NCBI RefSeq assembly: GCF_001194135.2
Contig: NC_068995.1
Span: 51,293,243 to 51,357,242, forward strand
Direction of reading: 5' to 3'
DNA: 64,000 nucleotides
Source of the DNA: Octopus bimaculoides
Lineage: Eukaryota
Position numbers and translations under genes: made by a program. Below the pieces are notes generated by a model, which did not search any database, was not told where the DNA came from, and saw only the letters and a program-made list of their open reading frames with translations. Shown in pieces: positions 24,804-37,583 of this stretch (the first letter of the stretch is position 1; every line of letters begins with the position of its first letter).

Positions 24804-24893
24804 TAGGTGGGAGGAATTTGTCCACATTCTTATAGTGAATCTGCAGGACAAGATGTTGCACATTGGAACTGCCACCGACTTTGAATCCAACAT
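24804..24893 (-). CDS. Phm: PHM coding exon 5 (CuH ligand His)
   Basis: ttttcag| ... |gtgagt. (D)VGFKVGGSSNVQHLVLQIHYKNVDKFLPP; LVLQIHY = rat Q170/H172. Confidence 0.95.
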
Positions 24894-25053
24894 CTGAAAA
24901 TTTTTTTAAAAAAAGAAGGAAACAGAGAAAGAAATGGATAAATCATTAGCAATCAATGTGGTAAAGATTCTTGCAAAAAGAAAAAAAATTACTAAAAACT
25001 CCAAAAATTAAAATGCAAAAATTATAAAAACAAAACTATACATATGTATGTGC

Positions 25054-25084
<31 letters not shown>

Positions 25085-25404
25085 NNNNNNNNNNNNNNNN
25101 NNNNNNNNNNNNNNNNNNNNNNNNNNNNNNNNNNNNNNNNNNNNNNNNNNTATATGTATGTATACACACACATATATACATACATTCACCAACTTAAACA
25201 AGGAGACCATCCAGAAGGGTTGCAGGAGATTCCGAAGTTGTCTGGAGGCCATGGTTGGAACCAATGGTGATTTTATTGAATAAATTTACTCTTTAGTATT
25301 TGAAGATGTTTTTATGTAATTTAGGTAAATATATCTGTTAAAATGAGATGTCAGAGTTATTTTCATTTTTGTGTAATTTAGATGACAGTATATTCACTAC
25401 ACCC

Positions 25405-25436
<32 letters not shown>

Positions 25437-25654
25437 GGTATATGTATGCATATATGTATTACACACATGTGATGTGAATTTATGATGGGTTGAATGATAC
25501 GTCAGGGTCTTAATATAATTATTTAAAAAAGCAATAATTTGGGTCAAGCACATCTTATGGATTACTGCTGGGAAGAAATAGAAGCAATAAAAATTTTTTA
25601 ACAAAGGCAAAAGTATTAAAGGATAACAATAACAACAACAACAACAACAACAAT

Positions 25655-25997
25655 AATAATAATCATATTGAAAAGACGAAAAGGGAGCACCTGTCGCGAT
25701 TGAGAAAAAAATTGACTTCAAAGCGGAATGCCAGAAACATAATTTCGGCAAATAAACTTGCACACAGTTGCAGTAGTTTGGTATGGTGCTGGAATCCTGA
25801 AGTGGACAGGGGAGGAGCTAAAGGAGATGGACAGGAAGTCAAGAAAGCTCCTAACGATGCATGGAGCCCATCATCTATGTGTGGACACTGATTGCCTATA
25901 CATGGAGAGAGCAAATGGAGGAAGGCGACTGATAAGTGTGGAAGACTGCGTGTGTATTGAACTCAAGAGCTTAATGAGAGCTGAAAGGAGAGGATAG
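25655..25997 (+). pseudogene. Decayed R4/Dong-like LINE ORF fragment (post-RT region)
   Basis: Frameshifted KREHLSRLRKKLTSKRNARNIISA.../AVVWYGAGILKWTGEELKEMDRKSRKLLTMHGAHHLCVDTDCLYMERANGGRRLISVEDC matches the remembered R4-type pattern LDRKTRKLLTMHGAHHPxADxDRLYxxRxxGGRGL. Confidence 0.75.
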
Positions 25998-26239
25998 CAT
26001 GGGGCTGTAGGCTACAAATAATAAGAACGACAGCCCTTTCCTGTTGCCCCTGCACTTCCCTTCTCACACTTCCTCTTCCGGTCAGTCCCTTGACCATTGA
26101 CATCATGGCTCTCTTCTTCCCCACAATTTGAATATAGATTTGATAATCTTCTAATGTTCTTAACTAGGTTTAAAAACTATGGATGGCTGGTATGATTCTG
26201 TATTGATATTGGCCAACTTTACATAAGGGTTTTCTTATA

Positions 26240-26483
26240 CAGGATGTTCAGAAGGTCTCTCTGCAGTAAGTATTTTATTGCAAAATAAATATTTATAAGA
26301 TGATATAAGACTACAAAAGAATATATTAGACTTTAAAAGACTTAAAAAAAACTTTATAAGAGGTGTTGAAAGTGTTGTTCTTCATTTTCAATACATAAGT
26401 TGACTCTTCTACAAATGTTTGGAAATACATCTTGGAGAAAAAAAAAAAAATTCACTGTGGAGAGACTTTTTTTGAACACCCTG
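26240..26483. mobile_element. Tc1/mariner-type MITE with TA target-site duplication
   Basis: Left TA|caggatgttcagaaggtctctctgcagt; the reverse complement of the right end is TA|cagggtgttcaaaaaaagtctctccacagt. Confidence 0.7.
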
Positions 26484-26917
26484 TATAATTTGTACAGATT
26501 AATGCCAAGGTTAAACCTAAGGAATTAATAACAATAAAGTTTGTTGCTATGGTGATTTTTAGCCTTGAAGTATTGTAGAAGTGGAGCATGTCCTCTCTGA
26601 ATATATCTAGTGTGTATCTGCTAGCATTATTGGAAATGGCTAACATAACCTATAAAATTTAATACAGCAATCTGTTATGTAAAACAACGTGGAATATTAA
26701 GTCATGTTACGTAGTATAACCCAGCTAAATTTCAAGCCTTGAGCTTAGAGTAGAAAAGAATATTAAGTGTTTATTGGATAGTAAAATGACAAATTGTAAT
26801 AAGACCTCATACTGTTTTTATTAGCTCTTTGTGTTCTGAGTTTAATTTCTGCTATGGCCTACTGATATGGCTTGTAGACTTAATTTGTTGCCTTAATTTG
26901 TGCCTTTAGTAGAAAGG

Positions 26918-26988
<71 letters not shown>

Positions 26989-27003
26989 CATCATTATTAT
27001 TAT

Positions 27004-27215
27004 AAAGGTGGTAAGCTGGCAGAATCAATAGCACGCCAGGTAAAATATTTAGTGACATTTTGTCTGTCTTTACATTCTGAATTTAAATTCCGCCAAGGTT
27101 AACTTTACCTTTCATCCTTTTGGGGTTGATAGAATAAGTACCAGTTGTGTATTGGGTCAATGTAATTGATTATCCCTTTCCCCAAATTTCAGGCCTTGTG
27201 CCTATAGCAGAAAGG

Positions 27216-27291
<76 letters not shown>

Positions 27292-27300
27292 GTAGTAGTA
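27004..27300 (+). mobile_element. SINE family B flanked by long (ATT)n arrays
   Basis: Family-B sequence with (ATT)n of about 25 units on both sides (26920-27003 and 27215-27290). Confidence 0.8.
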
Positions 27301-27773
27301 GTAGTAGTAACAGTAGCAGCAGTAGTAGAAGCAGTAATAGTAGTATTGATTGCGGTGGGACCTCATTTGATAACATACTTTTCCTATTACTATCAAGGTG
27401 AGGAAAGAAATGAAGGAGATGTATTTTGTTTGCCTTTGTTAAAATATACAACGGAAAAAACCACCACTGCACTTCAGATCGTGACTATCGAGGTATTTAC
27501 TGACAGATAAACAAAAGAGACAACACAACAGATACTCACTTCACACACACACACACACACACATGCATGCATGCAAAAGAAAAAAAATCAAAAAGAAATC
27601 TGTCAAAACTATTTCTGTACAAATATACACTTTGATATAAGGAAAAGAAAAACAGTCAAATAGAAAGTCTTTAATATAGATAAGTTTTGAACACCTACTT
27701 GTTCAGGACATTTCAACATTATTGGCACCACCTTACTAGTAAATGTTATATTAGGGTATGTATGTTGAATATA

Positions 27774-28025
27774 CAGGGTTTGGACAAAATAATGGAAACA
27801 CCTAGCATCATAGCATCATAATTTTGAAATATCTATAAAACCGTCAAAAGCTTGTTTATTTTAATGTTTTTTGATTTATTATTAGTGTTGCTTAATATGT
27901 TTTGCTAAAATTGCTGTTTCTTTTCAGATATCATCAGAAAAAGGTAATTAAAATTCATTAAAATGACAGTTCTATCGGACTTTTAAAGAGGTTAAATTGC
28001 TGGTGCTTGTATGGCAGGCGCTAGT
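27774..28025 (+). mobile_element. Tc1-like transposon left end with pseudogenised transposase start, truncated next to a family D insertion
   Basis: TA|cagggtttggacaaaataatggaaacacc TIR; from 27963 MTVLSDF*RG*IAGACMAGAS resembles the Tc1 start MxDLSDFxRGQIVGARxAGAS. Confidence 0.7.
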
Positions 28026-29227
28026 GGAATGAAAACAGTGTTATGTAACTGGCACTCATGCCAGTGGCATGTAAAAAGCACCCACTACTCTTGGAGTGAT
28101 TGCCATTAGGAAGGGCATCCAGCTGTAGGCACCATGCCAAATCAGATTTGAGCCTGGTGTAGCTTACCAGCTTACCAGTTTTCAGTCAAACCGTCCAACC
28201 CATGCCAGCATGGAAAAACGGACGTTAAATGATGTATGTATGTATGTATGAGAAATTATGATAAACAGAAGTTTATATTATTAATTCTTATGTATGCTTC
28301 ACCATTATTGTCTCTTGGAGCCCTGCAAGTGATGTTCTATGAGCATTTGGATGCTTAATCAGAATGGGTCATCAGGGAACATTCCATTGCAGTAAATTAG
28401 AAAGAATTAATGTCAAAAGTTAAGGGAGATGGCAAGGTATTTTATAAGTATTTTGAAAGAGAAATTGAAGGAAAGTAACTGGCAGAGAAAGAAAAAAGAC
28501 TAACTAAGAATTAAGAGAGAGGGGGAAAGTGAATGAAAGACAGAGAACACAAATAGAGAAAAAAGAGATAGAAAAAAGAAGAGAAGAAGAATTGGAGAAG
28601 AAAGTAGGAAGAGGGGGGAAGAAAGGAAAAAGAAAGGAAGAGTGAAATAAGAATGTAATTTGGACAACCATAAAAGGGATAAACAAAAAATATAAAAATA
28701 TATAACACCATGGTAGTTTAGGTGAAAAGAAAAAATAAACAAATAAATGAATAAATCTTGGGGATGGAAAAGGAAGGAAAGACATGAATGCAGGGTGGGA
28801 ACAACAGCAAATGAGAGGGAGAGGGGTGTAAGAGGTGACAAAAGGGGTTGTGAGTCATTAACATCATTGATCGTTACTTAACTACTATACTATGTGGCAC
28901 TCTAAACAGTATAACAGCAGCAGTCATTTATCTGTTGGTACAGGCAACATATACATACATACATATCTGTATATTTTCAAAATGTAACCACATGTGAATT
29001 GTTGGTGATTTTCTTCCTCCGTCTTCCTTTCTATTGAACTTTCTTCTGTTTCCGAAGAAGAGCGTATGCTCAAAACATTACACCATCTTTCTTTACTTCC
29101 CTGAGCATTTGCTAATACTTTACATGTACCATGTCCTCACGTTGTTGTTTTTTGTGTTTGTTCTTTTTGGATTTACTATATACATATGCAGAAACACACA
29201 CACACACACACATATATATATGTATAT

Positions 29228-29297
<70 letters not shown>

Positions 29298-29527
29298 CTG
29301 TATATCTATCTGTCTGTCTGTCTCTGTCTGTGTGTCTCTGTCTGTCTGTCTGTCTGTATGTATGTATGTATGTATGTCTGTACACCTTTCAATGCAATGT
29401 ATGCCAGAAGGTCTGCAGATCTACTCCTTCATGCACAAACACACATATACACACATATTTATAAGTAAAAACAGAATACAGAGAGAATACACACATATAC
29501 AAACACATATAAATGCATGTAACTTAC

Positions 29528-29649
29528 CTTTGGGAAGTTTTAGACTTGGTGCATCCATTGCCCAGGCGTACAAAATTGAAGGATTTGTACGACATGTTGG
29601 ACCAGTTGCATAGTGTCGAGAAACACTAGGTCCCATTTCTCCACAGTTC
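29528..29649 (-). CDS. Phm: PHM coding exon 4
   Basis: ttttaag| ... |gtaagt. (W)NCGEMGPSVSRHYATGPTCRTNPSILYAWAMDAPSLKLPK contains the ILYAWAxDAP motif. Confidence 0.95.
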
Positions 29650-30026
29650 CTTAAAAAGAAACGAAATCAATAACCAAAATGAAAAGATGGCATAAGGTAT
29701 TCTTTTTTTTTTCTTTTGTAGTCATTTGGCTACGGCCATGCTGGAGCACCGCCTTTAGTCAAGCAAATTGACCCCAACTGTCTCATTCTGCCTTTGTACA
29801 CAACAGAAGAAATGAGAAACAGAAAGAGGAAAATGTAATGACTATCAGTCTCCCAAAGTCATTAGCACCACGAGAGGAACTGATCCTAATAAATTAATGG
29901 AAACTGTGTTGACTGAAAGATGGCTTACACCAAACCACCTCCCCAACCCCTTCTGCCAAGATAAAGAATAAATTAGTGCCGAGATAAAGAATAAACTAGA
30001 AAGGTAGAGATTAAATATTTACATAC

Positions 30027-30114
30027 CAGATTTTGGTGTCTTTACCCGGTAAACCACAACCATACAAGAGAAGATGGTGAGCAGTTGCCATATTGGCATG
30101 GGGCTGGAAACCAA
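30027..30114 (-). CDS. Phm: PHM coding exon 3 (CuH ligands His-His)
   Basis: ctttcag| ... |gtatgt. GFQPHANMATAHHLLLYGCGLPGKDTKI(W); HH = rat H107/H108. Confidence 0.95.
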
Positions 30115-31035
30115 CTGAAAGAAGAAAGAAAAGGAAATAAATTAAATGAAAAACAAATTGATAAATAAGTAAATTAATACATAAAAACTACAAATTTTTG
30201 TACTCTTCTGGACTCATGTCAGGGTCCTGGAACTATATCGGTTGTGCTCATGCCTCCAAGAGCAAGTTACAGGCTTATTGCTGGTTGTACCAGCATTGAG
30301 TAGAAACTGCAATATATTTTTCAAATAGATCCCTCCACCTAAGGTTCAAACACATCTCATGTTAACCCATGCAACAGACAATGTGATATGATTATTTTCT
30401 TTTATCCCTTTTCATATTGTAGTTTTTGGTGGTCTTATTCACACCTAACTCCAAGGCTGTATTTGTATTGAACATGTGATGCTGTTCAATGGTGTATATA
30501 GCTCAAAGATCAGTGAGTCTCTCTATGTCAAACTGAAAATCTTCTACACTGAGAAGTCACATTTCTGGTACAGCAGACATGTGATTAGAATGTCACAACA
30601 AAGAATTGTAAGAGGATTCTTCAAGTTTAGTCAAGAGACCTCAGGGTTGACTAAGAATGAGAGCGATGGATAATATCCATAGTCTCAATTGGTTATGCTT
30701 AGGAATCCAGCCAGGAATTCTTATTTCTTTATTGCCCACAGGGGGATAAACATAGAGGGGATAAACAAGGACAGACAAAGGGATTAAGTCGATTACATCG
30801 ACCCCAGTACATAATTGGTACTTAATTTATCGACCTCGAAAGGATGAAAGGTAAAGTCGACCTCGGTGGAATTTGAACTCAGAACGTAGCGGTTGACTCA
30901 AAAGAATACACACCACCACCACCACCACCACCACCACCACAATGACAACATAAAAAACAAACAAACAAACAAACAAAAAGCATCTCAATTCTTAGTGGAA
31001 TACAAAAGTATCAAAGTAGTTGTTTTTCTTCTTAC

Positions 31036-31090
31036 TTATGTAGCTTGCCGTAGTATTTGCCTTCAAGGAGAGACATAAATACGTATCAAC
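31036..31090 (-). CDS. Phm: PHM coding exon 2
   Basis: ttttccag| ... |gtaaga. VDTYLCLSLKANTTASYI contains the DTYLC motif (rat Y79/C81 equivalents). Confidence 0.92.
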
Positions 31091-32215
31091 CTGGAAAAGA
31101 AAAATGAAAGAGAAACAATCAGCGATTAATACATAACGAGAGAAAACTTTAATTGAATTTGAGTTGTTTTATTTGACATTGTATATTGATTGTGGCCAAA
31201 GGTACAAGAGTAAAGACCACCGTTGACTGACTGGTATTTTGAATATTGTTTTTATAAGAGGTACAAAGGGCTAAATATTTGTGGAAAAGAGTAAATTTAC
31301 CTCAAAACTTTATTTTGTTAAGTGCAGGTATGGTTGTGTGTAAGGGACCTAGCTTGACCCTGCCTGAGATTTGAAACCAAATCTTCCCGCTTGTTGCTTG
31401 TCAAAGCAAGCAGGAAATCCTCTCCATGCTAGGTAATTGATGAAGAAACACTCGATGTCCTAGGATCTGTGCTGGTCAAGGAAAGGTCAGTCCTTTGTTT
31501 AGGGTTAGACCTACATTACTGACCACTCTATATAACAGGCTAGTCCTAATCAAGCTCTTAGGCATTCCAGCCATGATACTCTCATCTTTTTTAGGAGTAC
31601 CTAGGACTCCATTATATAATGTGCTGTTTTTGATTTTAAAACCAGAGGGTGTAAAATGACCATATTTGGCTGCTATTTCTAGAAAGTCAAGTGACTATTA
31701 GAGCCTCCCTCATTAACTCTGTTTTGTTGTCAAGGTGATGCTGAAATTTGCTGCACTAGAATCGTTGTTTTTATCCAAGGTCAACCATGACACCATAGAC
31801 TTTTGACCGAAGGTTCTTAAGTTTTGGTCAGCCCATCCATTTTTAAGGCACAATGTGTCCGGAATTACATCCCCTTTGATGAATGTATGTATCTCCTTGA
31901 TTTAAAACAGACAGCTGTGAGATTTGGCTGTTATTTGTAGCATGTCAAGCAGCCAGAGAAATTCCTGTGTTAAACTAGTGTCTGCGTCCATTATTCATCA
32001 TTTTAAATTTAGCAGCAATGATGGGGGAAGTACTGAAATCAATAGGAATATCATTGTGGCTGGCCATAAGATACTATCGACCAGCATCAATAAGGAATTT
32101 CCCGCATGTGGATATATATACATGGATATATATATTGATTTTGTTACATGCGCATGCACACACACACACACACGTACATACACACACATATATATTATAT
32201 ATATATGTATGTGTA

Positions 32216-32260
<45 letters not shown>

Positions 32261-32556
32261 NNNNNNNNNNNNNNNNNNNNNNNNNNNNNNNNNNNNNNNN
32301 NNNNNNNNNNNNNNNNNNNNNNNNNNNNNNNNNNNNNNNNNNNNNNNNNNNNNNNNNNNNNNNNNNNNNNNNNNNNNNNNNNNNNNNNNNNNNNNNNNNN
32401 NNNNNNNNNNNNNNNNNNNNNNNNNNNNNNNNNNNNNNNNNNNNNNNNNNNNNNNNNNNNNNNNNNNNNNNNNNNNNNNNNNNNNNNNNNNNNNNNNNNN
32501 NNNNNNNNNNNNNNNNNNNNNNNNNNNNNNNNNNNNNNNNNNNNNNNNNNNNNNNN

Positions 32557-32614
<58 letters not shown>

Positions 32615-33300
32615 GTATATAAATATATATATATATGAATATATATATATAAATAAATATATATATACACACAAATATATATATATACATGTGTGTGTGT
32701 GTGTATGTGTACATGTATCTAAAAAATTTAAAGCTTGGCAGTATGCCATTAAGATTGTTCTCCCAAACACATTCAACACCATCCACTGCAGTTGTCTGCA
32801 AATCCGCACAACTGCTGGGTGTGCATGGAACAACACAAAGTTCGCATGGATTACTATTCCCATCTTGTGAGAATTCATATCAACATATCAGCACCACCCA
32901 CTATTATGTTATTCAACACGTTTATAGTAACTGTCAGAAGCCATCTGAAGTATCAAGATGAATAATAGATAATACAGTTGAGTGCTCAGAATATTTCTTG
33001 GTCATCACCATTAATTTGTTATTGCAGTTCTGCAATAACTTTGTCCTGATCGAAATAATGGTTTCAAATTGATTTTGGTGCAAGACCAGCGATTGTTAGG
33101 GGCTAGTCAATTACATCGACCCCAGTGCTCAACTGGTACTTATTTCAGTGAACCTGTAAAAGATGAAAGGAAAGGTTGACTTCGGCAGGATTTGAGCTCA
33201 GAATGACAAGAACTGAAAGAAATGCTGCAAAGAATTTTGTATGGCATGCTAAGTAATCTGTCAGCTCATCACATTCCTTGACTGAAACCATAGGCAGAAA

Positions 33301-33588
33301 TGTGAAGGTGGCGAGATGTGAAGGTGGCGAGATGTGAAGGTGGCGAGATGTGAAGGTGGCGAGATGTGAAGGTGACGAGATGTGAAGGTAACGAGATGTG
33401 AAGGTGGCGAGATGTGAAGGTGGCGAGATGTGAAGGTAACGAGATGTGAAGGTAACGAGATGTGAAGGTGGCGAGATGTGAAGGTGACGAGATGTGAAGG
33501 TGACGAGATGTGAAGGTGGCGAGATGTGAAGGTGACGAGATGTGAAGGTAACGAGATGTGAAGGTGGCGAGATGTGAAGGTGACGAAA
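33301..33588. repeat. 16-bp minisatellite x18 in PHM coding intron 1
   Basis: Unit tgtgaaggt(ggc/gac/aac)gaga; explains the SPSHLVTFTSRHLHI-repeat ORFs. Confidence 0.95.
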
Positions 33589-33803
33589 TATTTAATGAAA
33601 GCAAGAATAAATCGCAAGAATAAACTATGGTGTCTCATTTTAGGAGACAGAATGACAAATGCCTGAAAGTTTAATACCCAATGAAGTTGCTTAACAAGCA
33701 ATACAGACATTGATCAAGTCACATTAGCAGCTTTCTGTCTCAGGATAATGCTTGTAATATTAGCAATACTTTAAAAAGAAACAAATGATATATGAATACT
33801 CAC

Positions 33804-33920
33804 GACTGTGGGTTGTACATTGGGCATCAACAGCTTCACTTTTCTGACATTTCCAGAAATGGCTGTCACAGCAAGGCAGAACACGAGTAGTGACAGAGTC
33901 ACAGCTGGAGTACTGGTCAT
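33804..33920 (-). CDS. Phm: Peptidylglycine alpha-hydroxylating monooxygenase (PHM), coding exon 1 (signal peptide)
   Basis: ATG at 33920. MTSTPAVTLSLLVFCLAVTAISGNVRKVKLLMPNVQPTV is a signal peptide followed by the PHM N-terminal LxMP motif. Donor |gtgagt. An acceptor ttccag| at 33938 implies an upstream 5' UTR exon. Confidence 0.9.
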
Positions 33921-35055
33921 CTTTTATAAGTTGGTGTGCTGGAAAGAGGAAAGAAAAAGATATATATATATATATACTTGGGCATGTATGTGTGTGTGTG
34001 TATATATATTTATGTAGAAGGTTGAAAAGGAACACATGAGTTGATATATATATATATATATGGAAAAAATGTCAAGGTAGAAAATGCTAAAATAATTTTA
34101 TAAGAAACATTTCAGTACCGGTTTCAGTCATTGAGACTTTTTCAACTGTAAGTATGGAAAACAATGAAAAGTTTTTAAAAATAATATTTGCATAGCATTC
34201 AAATACAAGGGGGCATTTTCCTTGTTTCTGTCTATCTGTGTCTCTCTTGTTTACTCTTGTGGGTTCGAGGTCGTTGTGAATTCTTGGCAGAGAAGAAGAA
34301 GACGAAGACGAAGAAGAAGACGAAGACGAAGACGAAGAAGAAGACGAAGAAGAATAAGAAGAAGACGAAGACGAGCCAAATCAGATTGGAGCCTGGTGCA
34401 GCCTTCTGGTTCACCAGTCCTCAGTCAAACCATCCAACCCATGCCAGCATGGAAAGTGGACGTTAAACGACGATGACGACGATGATGATGACATACACAC
34501 ACATATATATATGCATACATACATATACACATGCATACATACAAACATACATGCATGCATCCATCTATTCATTCATCCATCCATCCACACATACATACAT
34601 ACATACATATATGCATACATACATATATACATACATACATGCATACATATATATGTCAATACACATATTGTCTCTATTAACAAAAATTTTCTAGGAATTT
34701 ACGCACTAAACTACTTGAAAACAAGCAGTAGAACGAATTATTATTTACTTATTGTTTGTTTTTCTTTGGTTTGCGAGGTTATTGGATTACATATTCGGTA
34801 GGTGTTGGTCATGTAATTCACACAGAAGCTATGTATAAAATTGTGGTCGATGTTGTTGCTGCTTGTTTTCAAAACAAATACCTTCATGCTAAATAAATAT
34901 TGGCACAGAACGATTCAGTGTGTTTTTTTAGCAAAATGGTGTGAAATTCACTTAGTGCCCAGTGTTATTGAGTATGCATAAACACACACATACACACACA
35001 CACACACATGCTCCACACACACATGCTCCACACACACATGTATATCGTGTCTATC

Positions 35056-35250
35056 ATCATCATCATCATCATCGTTTAACGTCTGCTTTCCATGCTAGCA
35101 TGGGTTGGACGATTTGACTGAGGACTGGTGCAACCGGATGGCTACACCAGGCTCCAATCTAATTTGGCAGAGTTTCTACAGCTGGATGCCCTTCCTAACG
35201 CCAACCACTCAGAGAGTGTAGTGGGTGCTTTTACGTGTCACCTGCATGAA
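35056..35250 (-). mobile_element. Family D copy in inverted orientation
   Basis: catcatcatcatcgtttaacgtctgctttccatgctagcatggg...gtgggtgcttttacgtg is the near-exact reverse complement of 37353-37535. Confidence 0.85.
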
Positions 35251-35294
35251 TATATATATATATATATATTCATATATATGTGTGTGTGCAAATA

Positions 35295-35338
<44 letters not shown>

Positions 35339-37538
35339 TCGAAATTTTTTTGGGAGGAGACCAGTCGATCTGATCGACTGGTACTTAATTTATCGACCCC
35401 TGAAAGGCAAAGTTGACCTAAGTAGTATTTGAACTCAGAATGTAAAGACAAACGAAATGCCGCTAAGCATTTCGCCCGGTCTGCTAACGTTTCAGCCAGC
35501 TTGCTGCCTTTAACTATTGATATATTCTTGGCAGTTCACTGGATTAACAGTAATTTGTTTCAGTGCTATAACTACAGGGTGCAGCAGAAAGGTCACCCTG
35601 ATTTCAAAGGTTAATAAAAAACAAACACATGAAGATGGATGAAAAAATTTTGTATTTCTACAAAGTTCATTAAATGCCATTTCTTTTTCTGTCTTTCAAG
35701 TCGTACTCACCATGGCCTGGAGTGGAGAGCATGGTTTTTTTCTTATGTCTTCATGTGTTTGTTTTTATTAACCTTTCTGCTGTACTCTGCATTTTTAGTC
35801 TGTACACACACATACACTCACACACATATCTATCTTTGAACATCTGAAGAGGTGGATGTGTCCAACTACCATGAAACTTTAAGTAATGTACAGTTGAGTC
35901 AAATTATTAAATACAACCAAATTATTAAACTCCAACCAAATGTGTTGAGGGTTGCTTTCTCTCGTTTCTTCAGCCATTCGCATTTATATGCATGTGCATA
36001 TATGTGCCGGTGCCACATTAAAAGCACTTGTGCTGGTGCCATGTAAAAGCACTTGTGCCCCGATGGTAAGCTAAAAAACACCCAGCACACACTGTAAAGT
36101 GGTTGGCGTTAGAAAGGGCATCCAACTGTAGAAACCAAGCCAAATCAGACTGGAACCTGGTGCAACTTGCAAGCTTACCAGCTCTGGTCAAACCGTCCAA
36201 CCCACGCTAGCATGGAAAACGGATCTTAAAGCATGAGTTTGATGACGACGACAACGACAACAATGATGATAATGGTGATTGTGTGGTAAGTAGCTTGCTT
36301 ACGAACCACATGGTTCCGGGTTCAGTCCTACAGCATGGCACCTTGGGCAAGTGTCTTCAACTATAGTCTCGGGCCGACCAAAGCCTTGTGAGTGGATTTG
36401 GTAGACGGAAACTGAAAGAAGCCCGTCGTATATATATATATANNNNNNNNNNNNNNNNNNNNNNNNNNNNNNNNNNNNNNNNNNNNNNNNNNNNNNNNNN
36501 NNNNNNNNNNNNNNNNNNNNNNNNNNNNNNNNNNNNNNNNNNNNNNNNNNNNNNNNNNNNNNNNNNNNNNNNNNNNNNNNNNNNNNNNNNNNNNNNNNNN
36601 NNNNNNNNNNNNNNNNNNNNNNNNNNNNNNNNNNNNNNNNNNNNNNNNNNNNNNNNNNNNNNNNNNNNNNNNNNNNNNNNNNNNNNNNNNNNNNNNNNNN
36701 NNNNNNNNNNNNNNNNNNNNNNNNNNNNNNNNNNNNNNNNNNNNNNNNNNNNNNNNNNNNNNNNNNNNNNNNNNNNNNNNNNNNNNNNNNNNNNNNNNNN
36801 NNNNNNNNNNNNNNNNNNNNNNNNNNNNNNNNNNNNNNNNNNNNNNNNNNNNNNNNNNNNNNNNNNNNNNNNNNNNNNNNNNNNNNNNNNNNNNNNNNNN
36901 NNNNNNNNNNNNNNNNNNNNNNNNNNNNNNNNNNNNNNNNNNNNNNNNNNNNNNNNNNNNNNNNNNNNNNNNNNNNNNNNNNNNNNNNNNNNNNNNNNNN
37001 NNNNNNNNNNNNNNNNNNNNNNNNNNNNNNNNNNNNNNNNNNNNNNNNNNNNNNNNNNNNNNNNNNNNNNNNNNNNNNNNNNNNNNNNNNNNNNNNNNNN
37101 NNNNNNNNNNNNNNNNNNNNNNNNNNNNNNNNNNNNNNNNNNNNNNNNNNNNNNNNNNNNNNNNNNNNNNNNNNNNNNNNNNNNNNNNNNNNNNNNNNNN
37201 NNNNNNNNNNNNNNNNNNNNNNNNNNNNNNNNNNNNNNNNNNNNNNNNNNNNNNNNNNNNNNNNNNNNNNNNNNNNNNNNNNNNNNNNNNNNNNNNNNNN
37301 NNNNNNNNNNNNNNNNNNNNNNNNNNNNNNNNNNNNNNNNNNNNNNNNNNNNACGTAAAAGCACCCACTACACTCTCTGAGTGGTTGGCGTTAGGAAGGG
37401 CATCCAGCTGTAGAAACTCTGCCAAATTAGACTGGAGCCTGGTGTTGCCATCCGGTTTCACCAGTCCTCAGTCAAATCGTCCAACCCATGCTAGCATGGA
37501 AAGCGGACGTTAAACGATGATGATGATGATGATGATAG

Positions 37539-37583
<45 letters not shown>

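Noticed and set aside
21635-27300. R4/Dong LINE as the partner mobilising family B SINEs
   Set aside because: The LINE tail is (TAA)n while the SINE tail is (ATT)n on the sense strand, i.e. opposite strands, and the 3' ends share no visible sequence.
33261-33710. Repeat-protein ORFs (SPSHLVTFTSRHLHI)n
   Set aside because: Produced by a stop-free 16-bp minisatellite inside a PHM intron.
35575-35700. Tc1/mariner left end (TA|cagggtgcagcagaaagg)
   Set aside because: No matching right TIR or transposase remnant found.
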